Positions 48,493 to 58,863 of a stretch of DNA of 64,000 bases are shown one piece after another; the stretch's first letter is position 1, and every line of letters begins with the position of its first letter. The notes below the pieces were generated by a model. The model did no database searches. It was not told the DNA's origin and was given only the letters and a program-made list of their open reading frames with translations. The position numbers and the translations under genes were made by a program. The stretch lies in assembly GCA_963664815.2 (NCBI GenBank), contig CAXXHB010000003.1, positions 1,632,001 through 1,696,000 of the forward strand, read 5' to 3'. The stretch comes from Spirochaetota bacterium (GTDB lineage Bacteria; Spirochaetota; UBA4802; UBA5550).

Positions 48493-48939
48493 CTATTTCT
48501 GTTTATTCTCCCCGAAAGTTGAAATAAGTCCTTTTATAAACTCCTCTTTTTCGGCTGGTGTCAGTTTGGCTTCAGGATGTGCCGGTAAATAAAAAAACGG
48601 GGGCATTTCACCATCTCTTAGTTCACTGGCAGTTTCATTTCCCTTGTTCTTCGAGTTTCTTCCCCATTCTGAAACATTAAGATTTTCACGGCCCTCATTA
48701 ACATCAGACTGTATTAACCATGAAGCAGGGGCAATTCTGCTGTACCAGGGCCATGTTGTTTTGTTGCTGTGACAATTACCACACACACGATAAAAAAGTC
48801 CCTGAGTGCGGGGTGAATCCCATTTCGGTTCAGCTACAATCGGGGGATTTGTGTGATTTTTACCATACGGTATTAATTGAATAAAGGCGAACAGAAGAAC
48901 GAGAATAATCAGAATTTTAAAAATTTTTTTAATATCCAT
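48493..48939 (-). CDS. Haem-binding domain protein (monohaem cytochrome c)
   Basis: [21 protein letters not shown]; GGAG RBS before ATG 48939. Confidence 0.88.
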   Translation of the reverse strand: MDIKKIFKILIILVLLFAFIQLIPYGKNHTNPPIVAEPKWDSPRTQGLFYRVCGNCHSNKTTWPWYSRIAPASWLIQSDVNEGRENLNVSEWGRNSKNKGNETASELRDGEMPPFFYLPAHPEAKLTPAEKEEFIKGLISTFGENKQK

Positions 48940-49052
48940 TTTTAACTCCGTCGTTTTAATATATTTAATCAAACTGAAATTACTTATTAATATAGGCAAT
49001 TATAAACTAATTGTCAAGTAATGAATAATGTTAAATTTTATTGCAGATTGAA

Positions 49053-49123
49053 CATCAGGTTAAGACATTAAAAAGGCCGCCTTGAATAGCAGCCTTTTTA
49101 ATGTCTTAAATATCAACCTGATG
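49053..49123 (-). terminator. Long stem-loop after the cold-shock gene
   Basis: 18-bp perfect IR 49060-49077 / 49092-49109 plus outer CATCAGGTT / AACCTGATG. Confidence 0.7.
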
Positions 49124-49124
49124 G

Positions 49125-49331
49125 TTAGATTACAGTTACGTTTATTGCTCTGGGACCTTTGTCACCCCTTTCAGATTCGAAAGTAACTTCGGCTCCTTCG
49201 GCAAGTGTTTTGAAACCCTGTGAATTTATACCTGAATGATGAACGAATATATCTTCGCCTTTCTCGGATGTGATAAACCCGAAACCTTTCTGATCATTAA
49301 ACCATTTTACTGTGCCTTGTTGTTGTGCCAT
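49125..49331 (-). CDS. Cold-shock protein (CspA family)
   Basis: [30 protein letters not shown]. Confidence 0.97.
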   Translation of the reverse strand: MAQQQGTVKWFNDQKGFGFITSEKGEDIFVHHSGINSQGFKTLAEGAEVTFESERGDKGPRAINVTVI

Positions 49332-49547
49332 TTGCGGACTCCTGTGATAAAATATAGGGATTACCCCTTCGAAGTACTCTATTAAAAACTGCTATGATAT
49401 TTGCCCGGGAAAAAACGAGGAAAGTGATAGTAGAGAAAAAATATGTAATCGATAAAACCATTATTAGAAGATGTATATAATTGTCAATGTAAAAAAATAA
49501 AAAAATGAGCATAATTTAAAAAAATCACAAAAGATCAGAATATCAGG

Positions 49548-49615
49548 ATATCCCGTAATGACTCCCTTTATCTCTTCGCCATGAAAGTGAAATAAAGGGA
49601 GTTATTACGGGATAT
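49548..49615 (-). terminator. Long stem-loop after the acyl-CoA ligase gene
   Basis: 24-bp arms with one mismatch, ATATCCCGTAATGACTCCCTTTAT / ATAAAGGGAGTTATTACGGGATAT. Confidence 0.7.
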
Positions 49616-49622
49616 TAAAAAT

Positions 49623-51335
49623 TTATTTCTTTATCTCCTGCAGAGCTTTTTCGCGCAGAGCTTTTCTGTCGGCTTTTCCAACGGCTGTGCGGGGTAGTTC
49701 TTCAACAAACTCTATAAAACGGGGGACTTTATAACCTGAAAGCGATTCCCTGCAGTATGTTGCAAGTTCCTCGGCTGTGGCGGTTTCACCGGGGTTAAGT
49801 GCTACATATGATTTAACAGACTCACCCTGTTTTTCGTCTGGTATACCGATTGTACATGCCTCTCTTACCTTGGGATGTTTAAACAGAACCTCATCTACAT
49901 CACGTGGATAAACATTCAACCCGTTTACAATTATCATATCCTTTTTACGGTCTAATATGAAGAGAAACCCCTCCTCATCTATTGTTACAATATCACCGGT
50001 ATAAAGCCATCCGTCAATAATTGTCTTTGCCGTCTCTTCAGGGTTTTTCCAGTATTCAGTGATAAACTGCGGTCCGCGGCATATAAGCTCGCCTGGTTCG
50101 TTCCTCGGCATAACCTTTCTTCCCGTTTCAACATCTACAACCACAAGATCTGTATCGGGCCATATAATTCCGCAGCTTCCGAATTTGCGTTTTGTCCTTA
50201 CCGGATTTACCGTGTAGATATTAATTGTTTCTGACATTCCTGCTCCCTCTACAATTCTTCCGCCAGAAAGTTCTTCAAACTTCTGAAGTGTTCCGACTGC
50301 AAGAGGAGCTGACCCGCAGAATATCCCTTTTATAGCTTTAACCTTGGATGTTCCGATCTCCGGATGATTAATCAGACCGATAATCATTGCAGGTATTGAT
50401 GCCCATATATTCGGTTCATGCTTATTAATAGCTTCAATAAGGTTATCAGGTGTGGGTTGGGCAACAAGTGTAATGGAACCACCTGTATGCAGGTTGCTGT
50501 TTACACATCCGTTATAACCGTAAATGTGGTTAAGGGGGATAGCGCAGAGGGTGTTCATGATCTCTCCGGGAATAGCTTCGGAAAGCCAGTCTCCAGTCCG
50601 CACAGCCTGTGTCATGTTCATGGCATTGGTGTGGACGCAGCCCTTGGGGACACCGGTAGTTCCCCCTGTATACTGTAGTTTTGAAATATCTGAGGGATAT
50701 ACGGCTATATCGGGCTCCCTGTCGGATGCAGCCCCGGCTATTGCATTAAAATCAAAGATATCCGGAGCCTTTTCAACTTCGACCGGCGCCGCAGGTGATT
50801 GTACTACAATAACACGCTTAACCGGTGTGGCAGGGTTTCGCATTATAGTAATAGCCTTCTGGGCAAAGGGAGCAAAGACGATAATTGTTTCAGCACCGCT
50901 GTCGGTTAATTGAAATGTAAGCTCTGGCACCGTATAAAGAACATTTGTAGGGACTTCAATTCCCCCGAACTTGAAAAGAGCCTGCAGACTGATTATGTAC
51001 TGAGGAATATTCGGAAGCATAACTGAAACCCGGTCACCTTTTTTTACACTGAGATCAATGAGCGCATTGGCAAGCTTCTTTGCGAACGTATTGACTGTGG
51101 CATAGTTAAGTTTGACATCATTAAAAATCAGGTAACTTCTTTCGGGATTCTTTTCGGTCCATTTGTTAAAAAGATCCTTAAGCGGTACATCTGGATAAAC
51201 AGGATTGGCAAACTCTTTTCTGTCGTAGAATTGTATCCATTTGTCGCGCCATTTTAATATATCATCATCAAAGTCTTTGAGCCATGGTTTTTCGGCATAC
51301 ATCAGTGAACTTTTTTTTATTCTTTCCCTATACAT
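49623..51335 (-). CDS. Long-chain fatty acid-CoA ligase family protein
   Basis: QYTGGTTGVPKG, GMSET, GWLYTGD, DRKKDMI, LPRTAVGK. Confidence 0.92.
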   Translation of the reverse strand: MYRERIKKSSLMYAEKPWLKDFDDDILKWRDKWIQFYDRKEFANPVYPDVPLKDLFNKWTEKNPERSYLIFNDVKLNYATVNTFAKKLANALIDLSVKKGDRVSVMLPNIPQYIISLQALFKFGGIEVPTNVLYTVPELTFQLTDSGAETIIVFAPFAQKAITIMRNPATPVKRVIVVQSPAAPVEVEKAPDIFDFNAIAGAASDREPDIAVYPSDISKLQYTGGTTGVPKGCVHTNAMNMTQAVRTGDWLSEAIPGEIMNTLCAIPLNHIYGYNGCVNSNLHTGGSITLVAQPTPDNLIEAINKHEPNIWASIPAMIIGLINHPEIGTSKVKAIKGIFCGSAPLAVGTLQKFEELSGGRIVEGAGMSETINIYTVNPVRTKRKFGSCGIIWPDTDLVVVDVETGRKVMPRNEPGELICRGPQFITEYWKNPEETAKTIIDGWLYTGDIVTIDEEGFLFILDRKKDMIIVNGLNVYPRDVDEVLFKHPKVREACTIGIPDEKQGESVKSYVALNPGETATAEELATYCRESLSGYKVPRFIEFVEELPRTAVGKADRKALREKALQEIKK

Positions 51336-51673
51336 TTAAACCTCCTGACAGTTAAATAAGTTCTGAAACAGAGTTTTAAAACGTGCTGTTTCATAGTGCA
51401 TCGAAATAAAAATAGAACTACAGACTGGAATTATGCATAAAAAAATAAGTAAGTCAATATATAAAATAAAAATATATTACAATATATAATTATTGAGAGT
51501 TAAAATATAATAGATGCTTCTATATAATGAGTAAAAACAAACCAGATGTTATAAAATCTGTTTTCAATTGTATACCGGATATAAATAATCTTCAGGATTT
51601 TCAATGGGAATATTGAGAGATATTGATTGACAATTAATAATATATTATCTAAAAAGTCTAAAATTTTAATACC

Positions 51674-51702
51674 TTGCATTTTGTCTAAGGGGGGGTTATG
51701 CT
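51674..51702 (+). promoter_or_regulatory. Sigma70-type promoter for the RNHCP-rsgA operon
   Basis: TTGCAT-N17-TATGCT. Confidence 0.5.
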
Positions 51703-51958
51703 GGATTTTGTTAGAGGGATGTTCCTGCCCAGGGATTGACTTCGGACATAATTTTATTCTTAAAAAATTTTTCCGCAAATAATTCATTTTAAGTCTTTCC
51801 TTCTTTTTACCCTGTGTAAACAGGGCAGGTCATCGTTATCTTTTTAAATTACATGTCATTGTCTTGAACCCAAACAGGTTTACAACAACTATGTTCATAT
51901 TGTCAGGGGGCAAGCTTTGCAGCATAATTATCTATAAAAAATGATTCAGGGGAAAACA

Positions 51959-52357
51959 ATGTCGAGAACAGAAAACAAAGTTAAAAATAAAACGGAAGCT
52001 TTTATATGTAAAAAATGCGGGAAAGGAGTGCTTGAGCCGGAAGCGGGGACCATGTACAGGAATCATTGCCCGGACTGTTTGTGGAGCATGCATGTTGATC
52101 TTTGTACCGGAGACAGGATGTCTGTATGCAGGGGTATGATGGAGCCTGTCGGTGTGTGGGTGAAAGACAGTAACGAATGGTCTCTTATTCATAGATGTGT
52201 GAAATGCGGTTTTATAAGGGCTAACAGGATAGCGGGGGATGACAGTCAAACAATGTTAATGAAAATCGCGCTTAAGCCTGCAATAAAGTTTCCATTCCCG
52301 CAAGATATTTCAGATGAAGAAAAACAGAAGTCCGAGAATTACGGAGGATTAAAATGA
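51959..52357 (+). CDS. RNHCP domain protein
   Basis: FICKKCG, RNHCPDCLWSMHVD, HRCVKCG, NRIAGDD; the start could be 51941. Confidence 0.92.
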   Translation: MSRTENKVKNKTEAFICKKCGKGVLEPEAGTMYRNHCPDCLWSMHVDLCTGDRMSVCRGMMEPVGVWVKDSNEWSLIHRCVKCGFIRANRIAGDDSQTMLMKIALKPAIKFPFPQDISDEEKQKSENYGGLK

Positions 52358-53433
52358 AATCTGGAGTTTTTGGATGGAACAGCTTCTTCGAAGAGCAGTA
52401 CCTGCGCCGGAGCGGGGCCGGGCTTGTACCTGGCAGGATAACCGGAGAATCGGGGTATATATATGATGTTGAGACTGATAATGTAAGGTTAGAAGCTCAG
52501 GTTTCGGGGCATTTTAAGTATACTGCCGCCGGTCGGGCCGATTACCCTGTTGTGGGGGACTGGGTTCTGATGAGAGGTGATTCGAATCCTCTTATGATAG
52601 AAACAGTTTTTGAAAGAAAGAGTTTTTTCTCCAGACGTGCGTCGGGTAACAGGTGCGATGAACAGGTTATTGCCGCCAATATTGACGTGATGTTTATTGT
52701 AGCATCTCTTGAAGGGGGAAGGAACTTTAATCAACGCGGTATTGAAAGGTATATTGTAATGGTGAGTGACGGCGGATCGGAGCCGGTGATAATACTTAAC
52801 AAGTGCGATTTATGTTCGGATACAGAAAAAAAAGATTTTCTGAAGCTGGCAGAGGCAGTCTCAGGGGATATCCCTGTTATTATGGTGAGTGCAGTTACAG
52901 GGGATGGTATGGATCGGTTGAAGTATTATTTAGCTCCTGGTGTAACGGCGGCGTTCACAGGTCCTTCAGGTGCTGGAAAATCGGCTCTTATCAATAATCT
53001 GCTTGGAAGGAATGTGCAGAAAACCGGAACATTAAGGGAGGATGATCTGCGCGGGAGGCATACTACAACGAACAGAGAGCTCTTTGTTCTGGATAACGGT
53101 GCGATGGTTATAGACACTCCGGGGCTTAGGGAACTGAGCCCGTACGGTGATACAGAATCTCTTGATGTTGCTTTCCCTGAAATTGCCGATGCTGCCGACG
53201 GATGCAGGTTTGGCGACTGTACTCATATTGATGAACCGGGGTGTGCGGTGGTGGATCTTGTTTCCCGAGGAGGTATTGAATATGCAAGGTATCAGAACTA
53301 TATCACAATAAGGGATGAGATGGTATCACTCGACTCACTTAAAAGTGAAAAGGGAAGAATGGAGAGAAAAGCGCGTGACAAAGCCCTTTCAAAACTTGTG
53401 AAGAATTATCGCAGGGATTTCGGGAAACAATAG
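52354..53433 (+). CDS. rsgA: Ribosome small subunit-dependent GTPase A
   Basis: PVVGDWV, AANID, NKCD, GPSGAGKS, RGRHTTT, DTPG, CRFGDCTHIDEPGC. Confidence 0.95.
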   Translation: MKSGVFGWNSFFEEQYLRRSGAGLVPGRITGESGYIYDVETDNVRLEAQVSGHFKYTAAGRADYPVVGDWVLMRGDSNPLMIETVFERKSFFSRRASGNRCDEQVIAANIDVMFIVASLEGGRNFNQRGIERYIVMVSDGGSEPVIILNKCDLCSDTEKKDFLKLAEAVSGDIPVIMVSAVTGDGMDRLKYYLAPGVTAAFTGPSGAGKSALINNLLGRNVQKTGTLREDDLRGRHTTTNRELFVLDNGAMVIDTPGLRELSPYGDTESLDVAFPEIADAADGCRFGDCTHIDEPGCAVVDLVSRGGIEYARYQNYITIRDEMVSLDSLKSEKGRMERKARDKALSKLVKNYRRDFGKQ

Positions 53434-53813
53434 TTGCGGCCGGGAACCTTCCATAAAGAAAAATTCCAGCCATTGATATGGTGAGGCCGGGATGGTGATA
53501 TCGGGGTCTATATTATAAGGTTTTGCATTGCTCCTGTAACCACTCGGCCTCACTCAATTTAAACCGGACTTGTTTCTTTGACTACAGACCGGTTTTTTAT
53601 ACGTGTGTCCTGTTATACTTCAGATTGTTTTTGGATGTTGATTAAAATTCTCTATAAAAGTTATGTAAAGGTCTTTTTAATAGTTAAATACGATCAGGAA
53701 ATAAAAAAAAGTTTACAGATAAATATTTATATGTATTGTTTACATCATGAAAAGATAAGATATATTCAAAAAACATTGCTTCTTAAAATCAACGCAATAG
53801 GAGTAAAAATTAA

Positions 53814-54659
53814 ATGAAAAGGTTTATTGTGGTTTCAATGATTATTGGTGCATCGGTTGTGTTCATGTCTATACCGCAGAAGTCTCATGCCGCAGATCAT
53901 ACCATAGGAATTTATACCTTCGAGGCATGGTGGGAACCGTCATTCAGAAACCAGTATACAGATTTTAACACAAAACCTGTTTTTCTTGCAGGTCCAATCT
54001 ATTCTGTCGCGCTTGAAAACGGGATTACAATTACCGGACTTGTACTTTTACCGCTTAGCGACGGGAATACAAGTTATAATGTTGAGGGGAGCAGCTCCGG
54101 CACTCCATATAATCTTCATTTTGATACGTCGATGACAAGGGCGGACTTTGATTTAACTGTATCATATAAATTTATTCAAAATTTAAGCGGATTCTTGGGT
54201 TTTAAAGCAATACTGAATTGTTTAAACGATAGTGATGACACTGAACTAACAGTCAAAGATACATTGGGTAATTATTCTGTGAGCAGCGGCAGTGAGTGGG
54301 ACGATAAGATAAGTTTCGGGTATGGTCCCGCGGTGGGTGCAACCTACACTATACCGCTGAATGATTTTCTTTTTATCAGCGCCGGAACATCTCTGTTGTA
54401 TTCAAGGTTTTATGTTGAAGACCTTGAAATTGCAGTTACAGGAACAGCTATTGCGGAGGGGAAGGAGGTAAAATATAACTATAACGCATTTGGTAACAAT
54501 TCAACTCTCAACTTTACATGCTATATTGATTCACTGAGCACTTCAATTATCCTCGGTGGAAGGTTTCAGGTGTTAAAGTATATAGCAGCTGATAATGGTC
54601 CTGATCTTGCAAATGATTACTTTTATGGCTTCACTATAAGTGCATTGTATCATATATGA
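53814..54659 (+). CDS. Probable outer-membrane beta-barrel protein
   Basis: Signal peptide ending SHA-A, amphipathic strands, C-terminal YGFTISALYHI. Confidence 0.7.
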   Translation: MKRFIVVSMIIGASVVFMSIPQKSHAADHTIGIYTFEAWWEPSFRNQYTDFNTKPVFLAGPIYSVALENGITITGLVLLPLSDGNTSYNVEGSSSGTPYNLHFDTSMTRADFDLTVSYKFIQNLSGFLGFKAILNCLNDSDDTELTVKDTLGNYSVSSGSEWDDKISFGYGPAVGATYTIPLNDFLFISAGTSLLYSRFYVEDLEIAVTGTAIAEGKEVKYNYNAFGNNSTLNFTCYIDSLSTSIILGGRFQVLKYIAADNGPDLANDYFYGFTISALYHI

Positions 54660-54892
54660 GTATATCAGAATCTGTCTGATAAACGGAGAATTAAAAAAAT
54701 AATTATTCAGGTTTAAACTGGAAGAGGTCAACCCCGGATGTTATTTTTTTTAACTGCCGGCGGAAGACCTTTTAATAAAATCTACGGGAAGATGCAGTTA
54801 ATCTGTTATTATGCATCAGGCATTTGTACGGTTATCAGCATCTGCTTCAGCCAATCAATATTGACATTGTTGTACTTTTTAATTTCGTTCCT

Positions 54893-56563
54893 CTATTTAT
54901 TCAGTTCTTCTCTCAGTATTTTACGCATGATTTTCCCTGTTGCACTTTTCGGAAGAACGTCTCGAAATTCAATCTGACGCGGATACTTGTAAACCGACAT
55001 CTGGTCTTTAGCCCAGTCTATAATCTCCTGAGCGGTAATTTTACCCTTCCACTCCTCTTTCAGTATTATGTAGGCTTTCACATCCTCTCCGCGGTATTCA
55101 TCCGGTACCCCTATTACACAACATTCACCTATCGCCTCGTGCTGGTAGAGGTACTTTTCCACTTCGGCCGGGAATACACTGTACCCGGAAGCCTTTATCA
55201 TCTCCTTGGTTCTTCCAACAATAAAGATGTATCCGTCTTCATCCATTATGATAACATCCCCCGTGGCGAGCCAACCCTCATCCCTGAAACTTTCTGCCTG
55301 AGCCTCTGGTCCCTGCTTCCAGTATTCGCGTGCAATTGAAGGTCCTCTCATCCACATTTCACCTTCCTGACCGCGGGGAACATTCTTTGTCGGCTCAACT
55401 AGGTCGGCTACGCGGACATCAAAGCCGCGGACAACAATTCCGCAGCTTCCGGCTTTTACATGGCCTGTGGGGCTTACTAATGGGGCTGATGCGGTTTCAC
55501 TCATTCCCCATCCGTCTATCAGGTCAAGTCCAAAAACATCCTTATAACGTTTAATTAATTCGGCCGGTACCGGCGCTCCCCCTGTTCCTATTGCTTCATA
55601 TGATGAGAGATCGTATTTTTTAAGATTCGGGTGGTTGATTACTGCTATATTCATTGTTGTAATTGCTACCCAGCATGTTATCCTGTAGAGTTCAGATCCT
55701 TTCAGAAAAACTTCTGTGTCAAATCGTGTAAAAAGCACTATAGTCGCACCCAGGAAGACAGGGCCGTTCATGTTGTTCTGCATGCCGGTAATGTGAAAGA
55801 TCGGCACAACCGCTCCATATACACTTTCTGAATGACCTCCAAGGAGTATTGGGAGCTGTATGGCGTTAACAAGTATATTGCGGTGTGTGAGCATCGCTCC
55901 CTTGGGTACTCCGGTTGTTCCTGATGTGTACTGAAGGCAGGCAAGATCTTTATCGAGATCAATTGTTTCGTACTTTTCTATCGGTTCATTTTTTATGAAA
56001 TCCTTCCAGTTTATGGACCCTGTATAGTCGAGTCCTTCAACCGTCATTCCTGCAGGGACTGGAATCTCCGGCGAGGAAGGGAGGTATTCCGCAAGTGATG
56101 TGACCACTACAGATTCAACTTTAACCTGGTTGCGGATTTCATTGAAAATCGGGTAGTTATCCTCTTCAATTATTGCAACTTTTGCTCCGCAGTCATTGAG
56201 GATATAACTCATCTCACCTTTCTTGAACATAGGGCTTCCGCCGATGATTACACCACCAACTGCCATGGACGCATAATATGATATTATAAACTGTGGGCTG
56301 TTCTGCATCCCCAGGTATACTCTGTCCCCTTTATGTACCCCGAGTTTCTTTAAACCCCCGGCAGCGTGAAGTACAAGATTCTCCAGTTCCCTATAGCTGA
56401 TCCTTGTCCCGTAAAAGATGATGGCCGTTTTATCCGGATGACGAAGAGCATTTGAATGGAGATGCCATACTATCGGCATGCTGCCATGCTCAAAATATTT
56501 CGGCCATGATTCCGGCCATACTCCTTCTTTTTCCCAGTTTCTTGTTTCCGGCTGGTATTTCAT
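54893..56563 (-). CDS. Long-chain fatty acid-CoA ligase family protein
   Basis: QYTSGTTGVPKG, GWGMSET, GWLATGD, GRTKEMIK, LPKSATGK. Confidence 0.92.
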   Translation of the reverse strand: MKYQPETRNWEKEGVWPESWPKYFEHGSMPIVWHLHSNALRHPDKTAIIFYGTRISYRELENLVLHAAGGLKKLGVHKGDRVYLGMQNSPQFIISYYASMAVGGVIIGGSPMFKKGEMSYILNDCGAKVAIIEEDNYPIFNEIRNQVKVESVVVTSLAEYLPSSPEIPVPAGMTVEGLDYTGSINWKDFIKNEPIEKYETIDLDKDLACLQYTSGTTGVPKGAMLTHRNILVNAIQLPILLGGHSESVYGAVVPIFHITGMQNNMNGPVFLGATIVLFTRFDTEVFLKGSELYRITCWVAITTMNIAVINHPNLKKYDLSSYEAIGTGGAPVPAELIKRYKDVFGLDLIDGWGMSETASAPLVSPTGHVKAGSCGIVVRGFDVRVADLVEPTKNVPRGQEGEMWMRGPSIAREYWKQGPEAQAESFRDEGWLATGDVIIMDEDGYIFIVGRTKEMIKASGYSVFPAEVEKYLYQHEAIGECCVIGVPDEYRGEDVKAYIILKEEWKGKITAQEIIDWAKDQMSVYKYPRQIEFRDVLPKSATGKIMRKILREELNK

Positions 56564-57068
56564 TTCACTACCCCCTCACATTATATCTTTTGTCTTAAAA
56601 AAACTTTAGAAAAGGGCTGCGGTCAACTGTGAAAAGGAAGATGCAATATGCATTTTGGGTAATAACAGGCTTCACAGAGAACGAGCACAGCTGAATTAAG
56701 CAATTAATTTATATAAAGTACGGTGTTGTTATATGCCGGTTATTGATTTCAACAAAAAAGTCCTGAATGAATATGGTTTGCAGTAAGAACAATGATAATA
56801 ATAAAGTTATTATAAAAATAATCAATGAATAATCAAGTAGTAATTTAAAAATAGTATTTAAAAAATAGATAACCTAATAAAATAAAAACAGAATAATATT
56901 AAATGTGTTGAATCATAATATAAAGAATAGCGTCGGTATAAAAATTAAATATACCGTGAATTTAATAATAAACAGAATAACAGGATATTATTATGTAATG
57001 TATATGCAAAAGGATTTAAAACAATTTTTTGCTTGCACTTCCAGTGTGCAAAAATATATACTTGTCAT

Positions 57069-58214
57069 ATGATTAGTATTCATAAAAAACCTGATACAAT
57101 TGAAAAACTTGAGATTCTATCACAGGATTCCCAATATGACCTTGCATGCGCCTGCGGCACCAGGAATCCCGATGAACATAGAAAACGTTCAATTGACAAC
57201 AAGTGGATATACCCTGTTGCTCTGCCAGATGGAAGGCGGACTTTCCTGTTTAAGACGCTTGTTTCGAACAGCTGTATAAATGATTGCAGGTATTGCCCGC
57301 TGCGTGCAGGTGCTGACAGCCGCAGGTGTACTCTTACTAATGAGGAAATTGTAAATGCTTTTCTTCACTATTACAGGACGGGTATAGTATCCGGTCTTTT
57401 TCTTACAAGCGGTGTAACAGGGAATCCGGACAGAACAATGGAAAAAATCAACAGCGTTGCTGCCATTCTTCGTAAAAGAGAGGAGTTTAAGGGATATATG
57501 CACCTGAAGGTAATACCCGGTGCCTCGGATGCGGCAATAGAGGAGACTATTTCGTTTGCCAGTGCAGTCTCGGTAAACATAGAGACCCCCGGTGAAAAAA
57601 ATTTTAAATTACTGACTAAGGGCAAGGATTATATGAAAGATATAATCAGGCCAATCAAACTGATAAGCAAACTCACTGCAAGGGGTGAGCGGTATGGTCG
57701 GGTGAAGCAGACAACCCAGTTTGTTGTCGGTGCGTCAGGTGAATCTGACAGTGAGATTGTGAAATACACATGGGGTCTTTACCGTCGGCTTAATCTGTCA
57801 CGTATATATTTCAGCGCGTACCAGCGCGGGTCAGGTGACAGAGATCTTCCTGGTGAGCAATCAAGTGTGACAAATGACGAGATGCTTGTGCGTGAGCATC
57901 GACTTTACCAGACTGACTGGCTTTTTCGTAAATACGGTTTTAATGAGGATGAAATCCTGTTTGATGATAAGGGTAATCTCAGTCTTAAGAGCGATCCGAA
58001 AGAGGTATGGGCAAATAATCACCCGGAGTTCTTTCCTCTTAATATCAATAAGGCCGACTTGATGGAACTGCTCCGTGTGCCGGGATTAGGTCATGTGACT
58101 GTTGATATTATTGCGAAAGCAAGGAGGGAGGGGAGGATAAGATCTCTCGATGATCTTGGAAAAGTCGGCAGACGTCTTGGCAAGGCTGGTAAATATATTG
58201 AATTCGGTTTATGA
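57069..58214 (+). CDS. Putative DNA modification/repair radical SAM protein with HhH domain (TIGR03916-like)
   Basis: CINDCRYC, GLFLTSG, YMHLKVIPG, REHRLYQTDWL, LLRVPGLG. Confidence 0.9.
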   Translation: MISIHKKPDTIEKLEILSQDSQYDLACACGTRNPDEHRKRSIDNKWIYPVALPDGRRTFLFKTLVSNSCINDCRYCPLRAGADSRRCTLTNEEIVNAFLHYYRTGIVSGLFLTSGVTGNPDRTMEKINSVAAILRKREEFKGYMHLKVIPGASDAAIEETISFASAVSVNIETPGEKNFKLLTKGKDYMKDIIRPIKLISKLTARGERYGRVKQTTQFVVGASGESDSEIVKYTWGLYRRLNLSRIYFSAYQRGSGDRDLPGEQSSVTNDEMLVREHRLYQTDWLFRKYGFNEDEILFDDKGNLSLKSDPKEVWANNHPEFFPLNINKADLMELLRVPGLGHVTVDIIAKARREGRIRSLDDLGKVGRRLGKAGKYIEFGL

Positions 58215-58255
58215 AATCCGGTTCATATTACTATTTTTTTCAGGAGAATTTTTTC

Positions 58256-58753
58256 ATGAATGATTATACATTCTGTCCAGTATGCGGTAATAAGCTTGAG
58301 AATGGAGCAGTTGAAGGTAAGGAGCGTTTGCAATGTTCGTCTGACAGATGTGAATATGTTTACTGGGACAATCCGGTTCCGGTGGTTGCCGGAATTGTTG
58401 AGTATGAAGGGAGAATATTACTGTCCAGAAATAGAAACTGGCCTGAAAAAAGGTTTGCACTGACAACGGGATTCCTTGAAAAAGATGAAACTCCCGAGGA
58501 AGGTATTATACGTGAAATAAAGGAGGAGCTGGATCTTGATGCTGAGATAATAGATTTTATAGGATTGTATTCTTTTTCTATGATGAATCAGCTTCTGATT
58601 GTATATTTTGTGAGTGCAAAAGGGAGTATTACACTGAACGATGAAATTGCTGAAGTAAAACATGTTCCATTTGAGGAAGTGAAGGCGTGGCCCATTGGAA
58701 CCGGCCCGGCAGTGAGTGACTGGATAGATAAATATGTAAAGAGAGAGGAATAA
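58256..58753 (+). CDS. NUDIX hydrolase with N-terminal Zn ribbon
   Basis: CPVCG...CSSDRC, NPVPVV, Nudix box GFLEKDETPEEGIIREIKEELDL. Confidence 0.9.
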   Translation: MNDYTFCPVCGNKLENGAVEGKERLQCSSDRCEYVYWDNPVPVVAGIVEYEGRILLSRNRNWPEKRFALTTGFLEKDETPEEGIIREIKEELDLDAEIIDFIGLYSFSMMNQLLIVYFVSAKGSITLNDEIAEVKHVPFEEVKAWPIGTGPAVSDWIDKYVKREE

Positions 58754-58863
58754 ATTAATTTTAGACAATAAACATACAGTCGGAAATAATATTGTTTTAT
58801 TTGACATTTTCCCCGCATTATTAAATCATTAATATATCATAATTGTACACGGCAGGTCGAAGC

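Noticed and set aside
51500-51787. 95-aa minus-strand ORF
   Set aside because: AT-rich intergenic sequence overlapping the predicted RNHCP-rsgA promoter and leader, with no protein-like features.
53578-53817. 79-aa plus-strand ORF
   Set aside because: It spans a terminator and promoter region, is low complexity and has no RBS.
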